DNA of 64,000 nucleotides, taken from contig PLZJ01000002.1 of NCBI GenBank assembly GCA_003152105.1, positions 405,682-469,681 of the forward strand, given 5' to 3'. The position numbers and the translations under genes were made by a program. Within the stretch, counting starts at the first letter, position 1, and each line of letters begins with the position of its first letter. The DNA is from Candidatus Levyibacteriota bacterium. Its GTDB lineage: Bacteria; Patescibacteriota; Microgenomatia; Levybacterales; UBA12049. The notes under the pieces were generated by a model. It saw only the letters and a program-made list of their open reading frames with translations, was not told the DNA's origin and did not search any database. Of the stretch, positions 48,839-58,174 are shown piece after piece.

Positions 48839-49318
48839 CTATTGTGGATAATAAAAGGCGGGTTCCGCATCACGAGCATTTGCCTGAATTACTCTTTGAG
48901 AAACGATTAGATCTTTTTTACTTTGTTCAGAAAATAATAATTTCGTCGTTTGTTTAAATGAAAACCATTCCATAAAAGCGTCTTTCTTTTCCAACTTTGC
49001 GTTTTCTTTAGCTTTAATATGTGCGTAAAAAATATATGCAGTACAATTCATCTCCTTCTTATAGTAATCATATACAGGAAATATTGCATCAAGAGCAATT
49101 TTGGTTTGCAGTTGTTCGAAAACTGCTTTTTGAAAAACAGCTATTGGAGATTCACTGTTTAGGCCTTTTTGTCCAAACAACGTCCATGAGGGCTTTATAG
49201 GAGATTTTTGTTGCAAGAGAATTTGTTGGTACGGTAAATAATAAAGAAATCCGCTCGCATAAAATGATTTATGCATTATATCTATTATACTCTTTACGTT
49301 ACTACTTTGTACGCTCAA
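48839..49318 (-). CDS. hypothetical protein
   Basis: 159-aa ORF, no TM, no recognised motif. Confidence 0.4.
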   Translation of the reverse strand: MSVQSSNVKSIIDIMHKSFYASGFLYYLPYQQILLQQKSPIKPSWTLFGQKGLNSESPIAVFQKAVFEQLQTKIALDAIFPVYDYYKKEMNCTAYIFYAHIKAKENAKLEKKDAFMEWFSFKQTTKLLFSEQSKKDLIVSQRVIQANARDAEPAFYYPQ

Positions 49319-49376
49319 TATATAGGTGAAAAAAATAATATGTGCTTATTAAGTAGTATTTAGTCAAACTTTTTTA

Positions 49377-50570
49377 TTGAAATTACTGGAAAATCACTTA
49401 CGTTTGATCTATACTCATTATGTTTTCCACTTACATATGAATAAGAATCAATTATTTGTTTTAAATAAAGGATATCATTATGGGGTAAGGCCACTATTAT
49501 TTCGATTTCCTTCTGAAGCAGTGCATGAAGCATTAACCTCATTTGGTCAATTTTCTGGCAATAATAAGATTATCACTGAGATTCTTAGTAAATTTTTTAT
49601 AAATCAAGACAATTCTATAAAGCAATCTTTTTTTGGGATTCCATTTGTGAGTCCTATCGGTCTTTCTGCTGGATTTGATTATAGAGCAGAGCTAACCCAA
49701 GTTACGCCTGTTTTAGGTTTTGGATTTGAAACGATAGGAACGATTACGAATTATCCATATAAAGGTAATTCGAGTCCAAGGCTTGGAAGATTGGTGCGCT
49801 CAAAGTCACTGCTAGTAAATAAAGGATTTAAAAATGAGGGAATTAAGAAAGTTATTTCGAAATTATCGGGAAAACATTTTTCAATTCCAATTGGACTGAG
49901 TATAGGAAGAACAAATTCAACAGCACTTTCTACACAAAAAAAATCAGTCGAAGATATATGTTCTGCATTTACAATTGCGGAATCATCAGGTATCCCCTTT
50001 TCGTATTACGAATTAAATATTAGTTGTCCAAATCTTTATGGAAATATTTCTTTTTATAGTAAGCAAAATTTAACTGAATTACTTCGTGCTGTTACAAAGT
50101 TACCATTAGCAAAACCACTTTTTATAAAAATGCCAATTGATAAAACAAACGTTGAAATAAAGAAAATATTACATGTTATTGTAGGCTTTGCGGTATCTGG
50201 AGTAATATTCGGAAATTTACAAAAAGACAGAAAAGACCCTGCACTAGTGCAAAGTGAAGTAGATAAATACCCTATCGGAAATTTTAGTGGCAAACCAACT
50301 CAGAAAAGATCCGATGAATTAATTGCATATGCATATAAACATTTTGGAGATAAATTATTGATTATTGGGTGCGGAGGCGTTTTTAGCGCTGAAGATGCAT
50401 ATCAAAAAATTCGTCGAGGGGCATCTCTTATACAACTTATTACTGGTCTCATATTTGTCGGACCCCAGCTAATATGTGAGATAAATTGTGGACTTTCTGA
50501 ACTGTTAAAGAGAGATGGGTTTTCGCATATATCTGAGGCAATCGGTATTGATGTAAAATCAGCTAGTTGA
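49377..50570 (+). CDS. pyrD: dihydroorotate dehydrogenase (quinone), class 2
   Basis: alignment-grade similarity to E. coli PyrD blocks: PRLGRLV, NKGFKNEG, LNISCPNL, IIGCGGV, GASLIQLITGLIFVGPQLICEI; start may be Met at about 49431. Confidence 0.75.
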   Translation: MKLLENHLRLIYTHYVFHLHMNKNQLFVLNKGYHYGVRPLLFRFPSEAVHEALTSFGQFSGNNKIITEILSKFFINQDNSIKQSFFGIPFVSPIGLSAGFDYRAELTQVTPVLGFGFETIGTITNYPYKGNSSPRLGRLVRSKSLLVNKGFKNEGIKKVISKLSGKHFSIPIGLSIGRTNSTALSTQKKSVEDICSAFTIAESSGIPFSYYELNISCPNLYGNISFYSKQNLTELLRAVTKLPLAKPLFIKMPIDKTNVEIKKILHVIVGFAVSGVIFGNLQKDRKDPALVQSEVDKYPIGNFSGKPTQKRSDELIAYAYKHFGDKLLIIGCGGVFSAEDAYQKIRRGASLIQLITGLIFVGPQLICEINCGLSELLKRDGFSHISEAIGIDVKSAS

Positions 50571-50599
50571 AAATTATAGTAAATATAGTTATACTATAA

Positions 50600-50727
50600 A
50601 TACATCAAGAGCGGTAGCTAACACTACCCGGCAACCGATTGAAACGGTGCCTATATCCCTTAATAAGGATAGATGTGGTCATACAGCATATGACAAACAT
50701 TACCTCTTGATAGCAAGAGGTTTTTTT
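50600..50727 (+). promoter_or_regulatory. SAM-I-clan riboswitch (aptamer + intrinsic terminator) in metK leader
   Basis: conserved UCAAGAG...GGCAACC...GGUGCC core (50604-50650); P1 ACAUC/GAUGU; terminator CCTCTTG-ATAG-CAAGAGG + T7 (50703-50727) whose 5' arm can alternatively pair with AUCAAGAG (antiterminator). Confidence 0.6.
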
Positions 50728-51840
50728 ATGGGCAATTATCAATTTACTTCGGAATCAGTTTGCGCAGGACATCCAGATAAGATTTGTGATCAAATTAGTG
50801 ATGCAATTGTTGATGAAGTAATAAGAAACGATAAAAATGGCAGAGTAGCAGTTGAAACAATGGTTACAAAAAATAGAGTGATAATAGTTGGCGAAATATC
50901 AACTAGCGCAAAAATACACATAAAACGCATTGCTCGAGAACAAATAAAAAGATTGGGCTATAACGATAACTCGCTACATTTTACAAACAAATCGCCAATC
51001 GAGGTATACATTCAAAAACAATCAAACGAAATAGCGATTGGTGTTGATAATGATGGAGCTGGAGATCAAGGACTTATGTTTGGTTACGCTTGTTTAGATA
51101 CCGATATTTTCATGCCAATTTCTATAACCATAGCGCATAAGCTTGCTTATGAGATTGATAAAGCACGAGAAACAAAAGCACTTCCATATCTTCGTCCAGA
51201 TGGGAAAACACAAGTAACAGTTTCTTATAAAAATGGCGTTCCAGATAAAGTTGTGTCGGTTATCGTAGCCGTCCCGCATAGTGAAGATGCAAAACTTGAT
51301 CAAGTAAAAGACGACATTTATAAAAAAATTATTTTACCAACACTTTTGAAATATAATTTCACCATTGATCAAAATCATGTGGTAATTAATGGTACTGGTG
51401 CTTGGCATATTGGAGGACCTTCTTCTGACTCAGGACTTACAGGAAGAAAAATAGTTGTGGATACATATGGAGGTTATGCGAGAGTTGGAGGAGGATGCTT
51501 TTCAGGTAAAGATCCTACAAAAGTAGATAGGTCTGGAGCATACGCGGCACGGTATATTGCAAAAAATATCGTTGCCGCCAAGTTAGCAGAGAAAGTTGAA
51601 GTAAGTCTTGCCTATTTTATCGGCGCCAAAAAACCAGTTATGAGTGAAATAGAAACATTTGGTTCAGAAAAAAAATCAAAAAAAATAATTTCAGATTTTG
51701 CAAATGGTTTGCTTGACACTTCGGTTAAAGGTATTTTGCAAGGCTTGTCACTTAGGAGACCTTTATATCTAAAAACCGCAGCTTATGGTCATTTTGGGAG
51801 AGAAGAGTTTCCATGGGAGAAAATTAGTAAGCGGATATAA
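50728..51840 (+). CDS. metK: S-adenosylmethionine synthetase
   Basis: GHPDKICDQISDAIVDEV N-terminal MetK motif and later GGGAFSGKDPTKVDRSGAY; ATG at 50728 chosen because the longer ORF (50647) would run through the riboswitch terminator. Confidence 0.85.
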   Translation: MGNYQFTSESVCAGHPDKICDQISDAIVDEVIRNDKNGRVAVETMVTKNRVIIVGEISTSAKIHIKRIAREQIKRLGYNDNSLHFTNKSPIEVYIQKQSNEIAIGVDNDGAGDQGLMFGYACLDTDIFMPISITIAHKLAYEIDKARETKALPYLRPDGKTQVTVSYKNGVPDKVVSVIVAVPHSEDAKLDQVKDDIYKKIILPTLLKYNFTIDQNHVVINGTGAWHIGGPSSDSGLTGRKIVVDTYGGYARVGGGCFSGKDPTKVDRSGAYAARYIAKNIVAAKLAEKVEVSLAYFIGAKKPVMSEIETFGSEKKSKKIISDFANGLLDTSVKGILQGLSLRRPLYLKTAAYGHFGREEFPWEKISKRI

Positions 51841-51868
51841 ATTAAGCATACGTTTTTTTACATAATTC

Positions 51869-52414
51869 CTAAAGAGTAGCAATTTTTAGCACAGTATTCC
51901 AGTTTCTTGTAGTGATATTTTTACCAAGTGCGTTTTCCAATACTTTCATTGCGTCAGTAGTATTGTTGTTATTGGATAGTTCTAGTTTCCAACATATACT
52001 GTTTTTGAAAAATGAAACACATTCAATAAAGGATGTAGTTGGAATCTTTGTTTTATGCGCAGAATCTGTCGCATTCTCTGAAAGAAACGTTACATAAAAG
52101 CGAGTTGTTGCGATTAACTCGTATGAAGAAAAAGGTTTAGTTGCAATTAGTTTTTGCATATCAGATTGTTGACAAATAAAAGTATTAATTTTGCTATGAA
52201 ACGTTTCCAAAATACTTGCTTCAATTAGTTCTTTAAGAATATGTAGTTGTGTTTTTTTAGTGGTAAAACAAACATTGCCGCTGTTTAATATAGTTTTAAC
52301 GCTTGTAAAGCCTAAACGAGAAAACATGTCTTGGAGTTTATCCATCGGGATGCTATTTTTGCCGCCAACATTTATGCCACGAAGTAAAGATACATATCGT
52401 ATTTGATCTGTCAT
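51869..52414 (-). CDS. DUF1697 family protein
   Basis: N-terminus YVSLLRGINVGGKNSIPMDKL typical of DUF1697. Confidence 0.6.
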   Translation of the reverse strand: MTDQIRYVSLLRGINVGGKNSIPMDKLQDMFSRLGFTSVKTILNSGNVCFTTKKTQLHILKELIEASILETFHSKINTFICQQSDMQKLIATKPFSSYELIATTRFYVTFLSENATDSAHKTKIPTTSFIECVSFFKNSICWKLELSNNNNTTDAMKVLENALGKNITTRNWNTVLKIATL

Positions 52415-52426
52415 TGTGTTGTAGTT

Positions 52427-52738
52427 TTAATTTGTTTTCCAAAGTGAAGTTGTTAAATTTACGTTATTTTTTGTGAAATCAACTCCTTCTTCCTTGAGGA
52501 GTAGTTTTTTAGCTTGAATGCCATTTCCAAATGTATATCCAGTAAGCTTTCCATTTGATCCAACTACCCGGTGACAAGGAACAATTGTTTTGTCTGGATT
52601 ATGTTTCATTAGCATACCTACTGCTCTTGCTGCTTTTGGTTTTCCAGCAAGAGTTGCCAACTGTTTATATGTTGCAACTTTACCTTTGGGAATTTTACTT
52701 GCAATGTGATAAACGTTTGTCGCAAATGTGGATTGCAT
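52427..52738 (-). CDS. methylated-DNA--protein-cysteine methyltransferase, stand-alone DNA-binding/catalytic domain (103 aa)
   Basis: PCHRVVGSNG active-site motif with Cys retained; helix-turn-helix region upstream. Confidence 0.7.
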   Translation of the reverse strand: MQSTFATNVYHIASKIPKGKVATYKQLATLAGKPKAARAVGMLMKHNPDKTIVPCHRVVGSNGKLTGYTFGNGIQAKKLLLKEEGVDFTKNNVNLTTSLWKTN

Positions 52739-52758
52739 AGAAGTATAGTAGTAAATAT

Positions 52759-53544
52759 TTGAAAAAATGTCCAGTAGAAAAGGGAAAAGGATCTGGGTAT
52801 ACTTTAAGTATGGTGGAGCAAGAATTGAATGCTCAAGAAGATAAAGACCCTAAGAAACACACCGTTTCACAAACGATTGCAAGGGTAGTTTTGGGTGTTT
52901 TAGTTGCAGCAATACTTCTTGTAGGCGGGTATATGCTTGGATATCATCCACCAACTACAGATTCAACTTCAGTTTCTGTAGGCGTAACAAATACGCAATC
53001 ACTGCCTACCATAACTCCAATCATCTCAAGTAATGGTTCTATCGGTGCCTCCGCGTCAGCATTACCAAAATCTTTGCCAACTATTACTAGTTCGAAGGTA
53101 GTATTAATAGGCGGGACTTCATATAGTGGAGTGGAGCCATATAAGTCATTTACTACCAATTTGTTAACAGGTTGGACTGAACAAAAAGAAACGATAGGAA
53201 ATGGTTTTAATGTGAGTATTACAAACGGTGATTATCAAATAACCATATCTGAACAAGCAGGCGGAATTGCCAGTTGTATATATCCTGGTGATACTCAAAA
53301 GTCACAGTCAGCCTTATTTTTAAGTCCTACTAAAGTCCCAGGATATTTAGGAAGTGCAACATATGACAGAGCAGAGCAAAAAGGAGTAACCACATCAGGC
53401 AGTAGAAAATATTTGTTTTGCCAGTTAAAAGGCAATGTATTTCAAATGCCAACTGATTATGGATATATAACGTATACTATTCCGCAAAACCCATCAACAC
53501 AGCTCCTTTCAGAAATGGATACGATAATAGAACAAATACATTAA
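52759..53544 (+). CDS. membrane-anchored secreted hypothetical protein
   Basis: TM helix (VVLGVLVAAILLVGGYMLGY) then Ser/Thr-rich exported region. Confidence 0.45.
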   Translation: MKKCPVEKGKGSGYTLSMVEQELNAQEDKDPKKHTVSQTIARVVLGVLVAAILLVGGYMLGYHPPTTDSTSVSVGVTNTQSLPTITPIISSNGSIGASASALPKSLPTITSSKVVLIGGTSYSGVEPYKSFTTNLLTGWTEQKETIGNGFNVSITNGDYQITISEQAGGIASCIYPGDTQKSQSALFLSPTKVPGYLGSATYDRAEQKGVTTSGSRKYLFCQLKGNVFQMPTDYGYITYTIPQNPSTQLLSEMDTIIEQIH

Positions 53545-53608
53545 TTGAAGCTAAACGTTTAATAGATGAGCTATTGACAAGGAAAAATTTATCATATATT
53601 CTTTATAT

Positions 53609-54010
53609 ATGCACTACAACTCACAACAAGCAGCCATGGGAATATTTGGAGGAATTTTCTTCATAATTTATTTAGTAGTTTTGGTTTTTATGATCGTGAC
53701 CATGTGGAAAGTATATACAAAAGCAGGTCAGCCAGGGTGGGCAGTACTTATTCCAGTTTACAATTTTTATATCCTTTTAAAAATTATCGGTAGACCAACA
53801 TGGTGGTTATTTTTACTGCTTCTTCTCTTTATACCAGGTGTGAATTTTCTTGTAGGACTTGTGCTTGGAATACTCATTGCATTAGATATGGCAAAAGTTT
53901 TTGGAAAAACTACGATATTTGCAGTTATAGGTCTTTGGCTTTTTGCAATTGTTGGTTATCCAATGCTTGCATGGGGTAATGCAAAGTATACAGCCCCTAA
54001 AACTTCTTAA
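53609..54010 (+). CDS. DUF5684-like integral membrane protein
   Basis: 133 aa, three TM helices, motif VLIPVYNFYILLKIIGRP typical of DUF5684. Confidence 0.5.
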   Translation: MHYNSQQAAMGIFGGIFFIIYLVVLVFMIVTMWKVYTKAGQPGWAVLIPVYNFYILLKIIGRPTWWLFLLLLLFIPGVNFLVGLVLGILIALDMAKVFGKTTIFAVIGLWLFAIVGYPMLAWGNAKYTAPKTS

Positions 54011-54100
54011 GTACTTATTATAATTTCTTTACAACTATTTTTTACCATATAATGGTTTTAACTCTTGTATTTTAAATAAAGTGTGATAATATAATCCTGC

Positions 54101-54757
54101 ATGTATAAAAAAATACTACTTGTTATAATTCTTTTAATCCTTCTTATTGGTCTAGGCGGACTTCTTTTACATCATAAATCAAATCAACCAATTGCTATGA
54201 AAGCGACTACGACTCCCGTTGCAATGAAGCAAACACATCCAATAACGCAAGAAGGTTCGTTAAAAAGTCTTCTAGCACTGGGAGGAGCAAAAAAGTGTAC
54301 TTTTTCAAATTCAGATACGCAAAATTCCGTCTCAGGTACAGTATATGTTTCTGATGGGAAAATGAGAGGTGATTTCCTTTCAAAATCAGTCAGTGCAAAC
54401 GTAACAGGCCATATGATTATGGATAGCGGTTATATGTATATATGGAATGATGAAACAAATCAGGGAATGAAAATGGCATTTAATCCAAATCAAGAAATTA
54501 CCCCGGTCCCAAATCATAATAGTCAGGCACCAAACTTGAATCAATCCGTATCTTATTCATGTGGTAGCTGGTCTGCAGATCAGTCAATGTTTGCCATCCC
54601 AACTAATATAACTTTTAGTTCTATAACGATTCCATCAGGTGTCCCATCAACGTCTGGAGCAAATGCATCGTCAGGTAATTCTGTGTCTTGTTCAACATGC
54701 AATGCAATACCTGCTGGTCCTGGTAGAGATGCTTGTCGAGCACAACTTCACTGTTAA
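54101..54757 (+). CDS. secreted hypothetical protein with Cys-rich C-terminus
   Basis: signal anchor; 8 Cys concentrated in last 70 aa (CSTCNAIPAGPGRDACRAQLHC). Confidence 0.45.
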   Translation: MYKKILLVIILLILLIGLGGLLLHHKSNQPIAMKATTTPVAMKQTHPITQEGSLKSLLALGGAKKCTFSNSDTQNSVSGTVYVSDGKMRGDFLSKSVSANVTGHMIMDSGYMYIWNDETNQGMKMAFNPNQEITPVPNHNSQAPNLNQSVSYSCGSWSADQSMFAIPTNITFSSITIPSGVPSTSGANASSGNSVSCSTCNAIPAGPGRDACRAQLHC

Positions 54758-54821
54758 TAGTAATCCTCATTTCTCATATTGCGCTGTATACAGGCATTGT
54801 TTTTCATACTAAAATAGATAT

Positions 54822-56507
54822 ATGGCTGAAATCGTATCAGTAGAAAGTGTTGAACCAGTTAGCTTTATTAGTGCTCCTCTTACATGGTTTAAGCAAAATA
54901 ACAAGTTTACAAAGTTACTCATAATAACCATTATCCTGCTTATAATAGTTGGACCGACCGTAATATCAGCAGTGTTTTTTGGTAATGCGCAGACCACACA
55001 AACTTCTTTGCAAACAGAATTTGGCATACAAATTTCCTTAAAAGATAGTACTTTGCCAACAGCTAATCAAATAGCACAAATATCTCCTTCTTGGATACGA
55101 TTTGTAATACTTGGAAATTGTACATTTCCTTCAAATTTACCTAGCAGTAGTAAAAAACTTGTCGTTTTTAACAATCAGTCGTGTAACAATAAGGCACCTC
55201 TTGGATCTACCGATCAAGCTATATGGGATGCTTATATTACAAATTACTACTTACCTTCACTATCTCGGTTTCTTGCAGAAAAGCTACCTGTGAACGCAAT
55301 TGAAATATGGAATGAAGAAGATATTTGTCCAAACACCACTTCATATTGTCCCAAAATACCTCCAGCTATTTATGCTTCTCTTGTTTCTCAAGCTGCTTTG
55401 GTTATAAAAGATTATAATGCAAAAAACAATACTGCAATAAAAGTAGTTATGGGTGGACTTGCATCAGGAAACCCAACATATGTTCAAAATGTACTTGCTG
55501 CAGATAAGAATAGCCTAGAAAATGTTGATGCAATCGGTATTCATCCGTATGGAAAAACTCCTGATCCAAATTGGTGGAGTGGAAAAAGTGGAACATTTTC
55601 GCAAACAATCCTTTCCTACCAACATGTAACAAGTATTCCGTTATGGGTTACAGAAATCGGATATGGCACGCTAGACACAAATTGGCAAACGCAATATTTA
55701 CAAAAAACGTTTTCCTATTTTCAAAGTCAACATATTCCAGTTGTAATTTGGTATATTTGGACAGATGCAGATGCAGGCGGAGATGGAAGTTTGGATTGGG
55801 GACTTTTTGATACTAGTGGAAACATTAAGCCAAGCGGTAAGGAGTTTGCTTCATTTACAAATCTTTCTCAAGGTGGGACAAAACTACATGTATATATTTC
55901 ACTGCAATTTATAAATGAAAAAGGTGGTAAAAGCGCTGACGGAACAGTACTAAAAATAAACAACGCACCAGTACATACAAGCCAGGAACTCGATGTATAT
56001 TTATATAAAGTAGGAGGGACATATAATCCTGAAAACGATCCAAAAAGCATCCATGCGAATCCTTCAGAAACTATACCGGGAGCACTTATTTATAATGCTG
56101 AGCAGGGTGTTTATACCTCTGATGATCCAAGAGCAAGTGTAATTCCACCAATACCCGAAAGTATATCGGGAAAGTATTTGATTGCTGTAAAAGTTCCAGG
56201 ATATCTAAAAAAAGATTATGGAACTATCACAATTCCAAGTAACGCTGCGGGTGCACAAAATATTACTTTAGGAAGCATGACCTCTCCCATACAACTTATC
56301 GCAGGTGATGTAGATGGAGATGGGATAATTGGGTTATTTGATTACAATGAGCTTATTGCATGTTTTCCAGGTGCTAAAAATAGTCAGATTTGTGACCCAA
56401 CTCTCGCAGATTTAAATGATAAACCTATTCCTAAAGATAGTTTGCAAGCAGGAAATCTGTGGGCTGAGGAATTATCTTTATTACTCCAAAATATTCACGG
56501 AATGTAA
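54822..56507 (+). CDS. clan GH-A (TIM-barrel) glycoside hydrolase with beta-sandwich and C-terminal dockerin-like calcium-binding motif
   Basis: acid/base IEIWNEED and nucleophile WVTEIGYG spaced about 120 aa apart; C-terminal GDVDGDGIIGLFDYNEL (dockerin/EF-hand-like). Confidence 0.6.
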   Translation: MAEIVSVESVEPVSFISAPLTWFKQNNKFTKLLIITIILLIIVGPTVISAVFFGNAQTTQTSLQTEFGIQISLKDSTLPTANQIAQISPSWIRFVILGNCTFPSNLPSSSKKLVVFNNQSCNNKAPLGSTDQAIWDAYITNYYLPSLSRFLAEKLPVNAIEIWNEEDICPNTTSYCPKIPPAIYASLVSQAALVIKDYNAKNNTAIKVVMGGLASGNPTYVQNVLAADKNSLENVDAIGIHPYGKTPDPNWWSGKSGTFSQTILSYQHVTSIPLWVTEIGYGTLDTNWQTQYLQKTFSYFQSQHIPVVIWYIWTDADAGGDGSLDWGLFDTSGNIKPSGKEFASFTNLSQGGTKLHVYISLQFINEKGGKSADGTVLKINNAPVHTSQELDVYLYKVGGTYNPENDPKSIHANPSETIPGALIYNAEQGVYTSDDPRASVIPPIPESISGKYLIAVKVPGYLKKDYGTITIPSNAAGAQNITLGSMTSPIQLIAGDVDGDGIIGLFDYNELIACFPGAKNSQICDPTLADLNDKPIPKDSLQAGNLWAEELSLLLQNIHGM

Positions 56508-56519
56508 CTAAAAAGAAGC

Positions 56520-57083
56520 TTACTGTTTAACAATATGCCATGTACCACCAACACCATCACCGTTTATGTCGCCTGCATTTGTATCGCTGGCAAAATAATA
56601 TAATGGTTTATTATCCCAGGCAAATTGTTGTGATCCATCCGAACGTTTTATAACACTAATATGTGCTGGAAATGTTGATTGCGCAGTTGCACCAGAAGAG
56701 TAAGGTGGCCAAGCTTGAGCACATCCCCCATTACAATTGCTTACGCCAGAAGAATCCTTATCAAATGTATAAAGCGTTTTTCCTTGAAAATCAGTTACAT
56801 AAGACCCTTTTGATGCACTCGATTTAACAAGATATATATTTGAAGAATTTGTATTTGTAGTAGATTTTGGCGCTTTTTGTTGACTTTGTGTTGGATTATT
56901 TCCTGTTGTATAGGAGTAAGAAGAACCTTTTTTCGCAAAAACAAAATAGTAAATAAGTCCGTATATGAAAATAGCAATTATTACATAAAGAACTATCCAT
57001 TGCCACATTGGGCGTTTTCCATAGCCTTGTGATTTCTCTTCGTCCATTGATTTGATAATGACACGCAGTGCTTCTTTTGTCAA
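56520..57083 (-). CDS. secreted protein of the COG4315 / secreted-repeat family (paralog of 40294-40725)
   Basis: signal anchor; C-terminal YYFASDTNAGDINGDGVGGTWHIVKQ; shares YxxxxD...GxG...W motif with 40294-40725. Confidence 0.6.
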   Translation of the reverse strand: MTKEALRVIIKSMDEEKSQGYGKRPMWQWIVLYVIIAIFIYGLIYYFVFAKKGSSYSYTTGNNPTQSQQKAPKSTTNTNSSNIYLVKSSASKGSYVTDFQGKTLYTFDKDSSGVSNCNGGCAQAWPPYSSGATAQSTFPAHISVIKRSDGSQQFAWDNKPLYYFASDTNAGDINGDGVGGTWHIVKQ

Positions 57084-57133
57084 TATAAAAAACGCAGGTA
57101 TCTATTGTTAGAACTTGGTATTATTTTGTTATA

Positions 57134-58093
57134 ATGCTTTGTATGCAAAAACTTTCAATAATCGGAGTGCCAATGGATCTAGGCGCAGAAAATATCGGGG
57201 TTGCAAGTGGACCTGATTCGCTAAGAGAGAATGAAATAATCCAAAAGCTAACTGATGCAGGTTTTAAAATTACCGATCTTGGAAATATTACTGTAAAGGA
57301 AAGAGCGAGTTTGTCAATTGAAAATCCCCGCGCAAAATATATTTCAGAAATATGTAGAGTATCCTTGGAGCTTGCAGAAAAAGTAAAAGCAACGGTATTA
57401 AAAAACGAGAAAGTCTTAGTAATTGGTGGGGATCATTCAGTTTGTCTTGGAGCTGTTTCTGGAGCATCTGTTGCACTGTCAGGAAATCTAGGATTAATTT
57501 ACATTGATGCTCATGGAGATATGAATACAAGCAAAACTACTTTAACCGGAAATATACATGGTATGCATCTTGCGTCTCTTCTTGGATTTGGGGATAAGAA
57601 ATTAAAACATATACTAGATACTACCGTTAAAGTAAAAAAAGACTTTCTTTTATTAATTGGGGGAAATGATTTTGATAAAGCAGAATTAGAGCTAGTTAGA
57701 AATGAAAAACTGGATTCAATATTTATGAAAGATATTTTATCTAAGGGCTTCTATCAGGTTTTTGAAAAAATTACGATGCTTTCAAAAAATGCAAGCAACA
57801 TATGGGTAAGTTTAGATTTAGATTCAATAGATAGTGTCTATGCGCCGGCAGCTGCAATGCCAAATAAAGCAGGATTTACTTATCGCGAAATTACAATTTT
57901 ATGTGAAGAGATAGGCAAATCATGCAATGTAATGGGAGTTGATCTAGTAGAATATAATCAACAGTTTGATGTCAATGAAAAGACTGCTGAGCTTGCAATA
58001 GAACTTATTATAAAGTTGTTTGGATCAAATTATAGTTGGTATACAAAATATCTAGAAAAGAATAAAACACACGATTGGAATAATAAAAAGTAA
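57134..58093 (+). CDS. arginase/agmatinase/formiminoglutamase family (ureohydrolase) protein
   Basis: Mn-binding motifs GGDHSV, DAHGD, SLDLDSIDS. Confidence 0.75.
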   Translation: MLCMQKLSIIGVPMDLGAENIGVASGPDSLRENEIIQKLTDAGFKITDLGNITVKERASLSIENPRAKYISEICRVSLELAEKVKATVLKNEKVLVIGGDHSVCLGAVSGASVALSGNLGLIYIDAHGDMNTSKTTLTGNIHGMHLASLLGFGDKKLKHILDTTVKVKKDFLLLIGGNDFDKAELELVRNEKLDSIFMKDILSKGFYQVFEKITMLSKNASNIWVSLDLDSIDSVYAPAAAMPNKAGFTYREITILCEEIGKSCNVMGVDLVEYNQQFDVNEKTAELAIELIIKLFGSNYSWYTKYLEKNKTHDWNNKK

Positions 58094-58174
58094 TGTTTAC
58101 GGTAAATAATTAAATATTATTCCACTAAATCACGCATTCCACGTTATAACTACGATTTAACATTGAGTAAAAAC

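Noticed and set aside
50647-50727. Longer metK ORF starting at 50647 (MPISLNKDRCGHTAYDKHYLLIARGFF...)
   Set aside because: The extension reads through the riboswitch aptamer and the terminator hairpin plus U-tract. The conserved MetK N-terminus begins at the ATG 50728.
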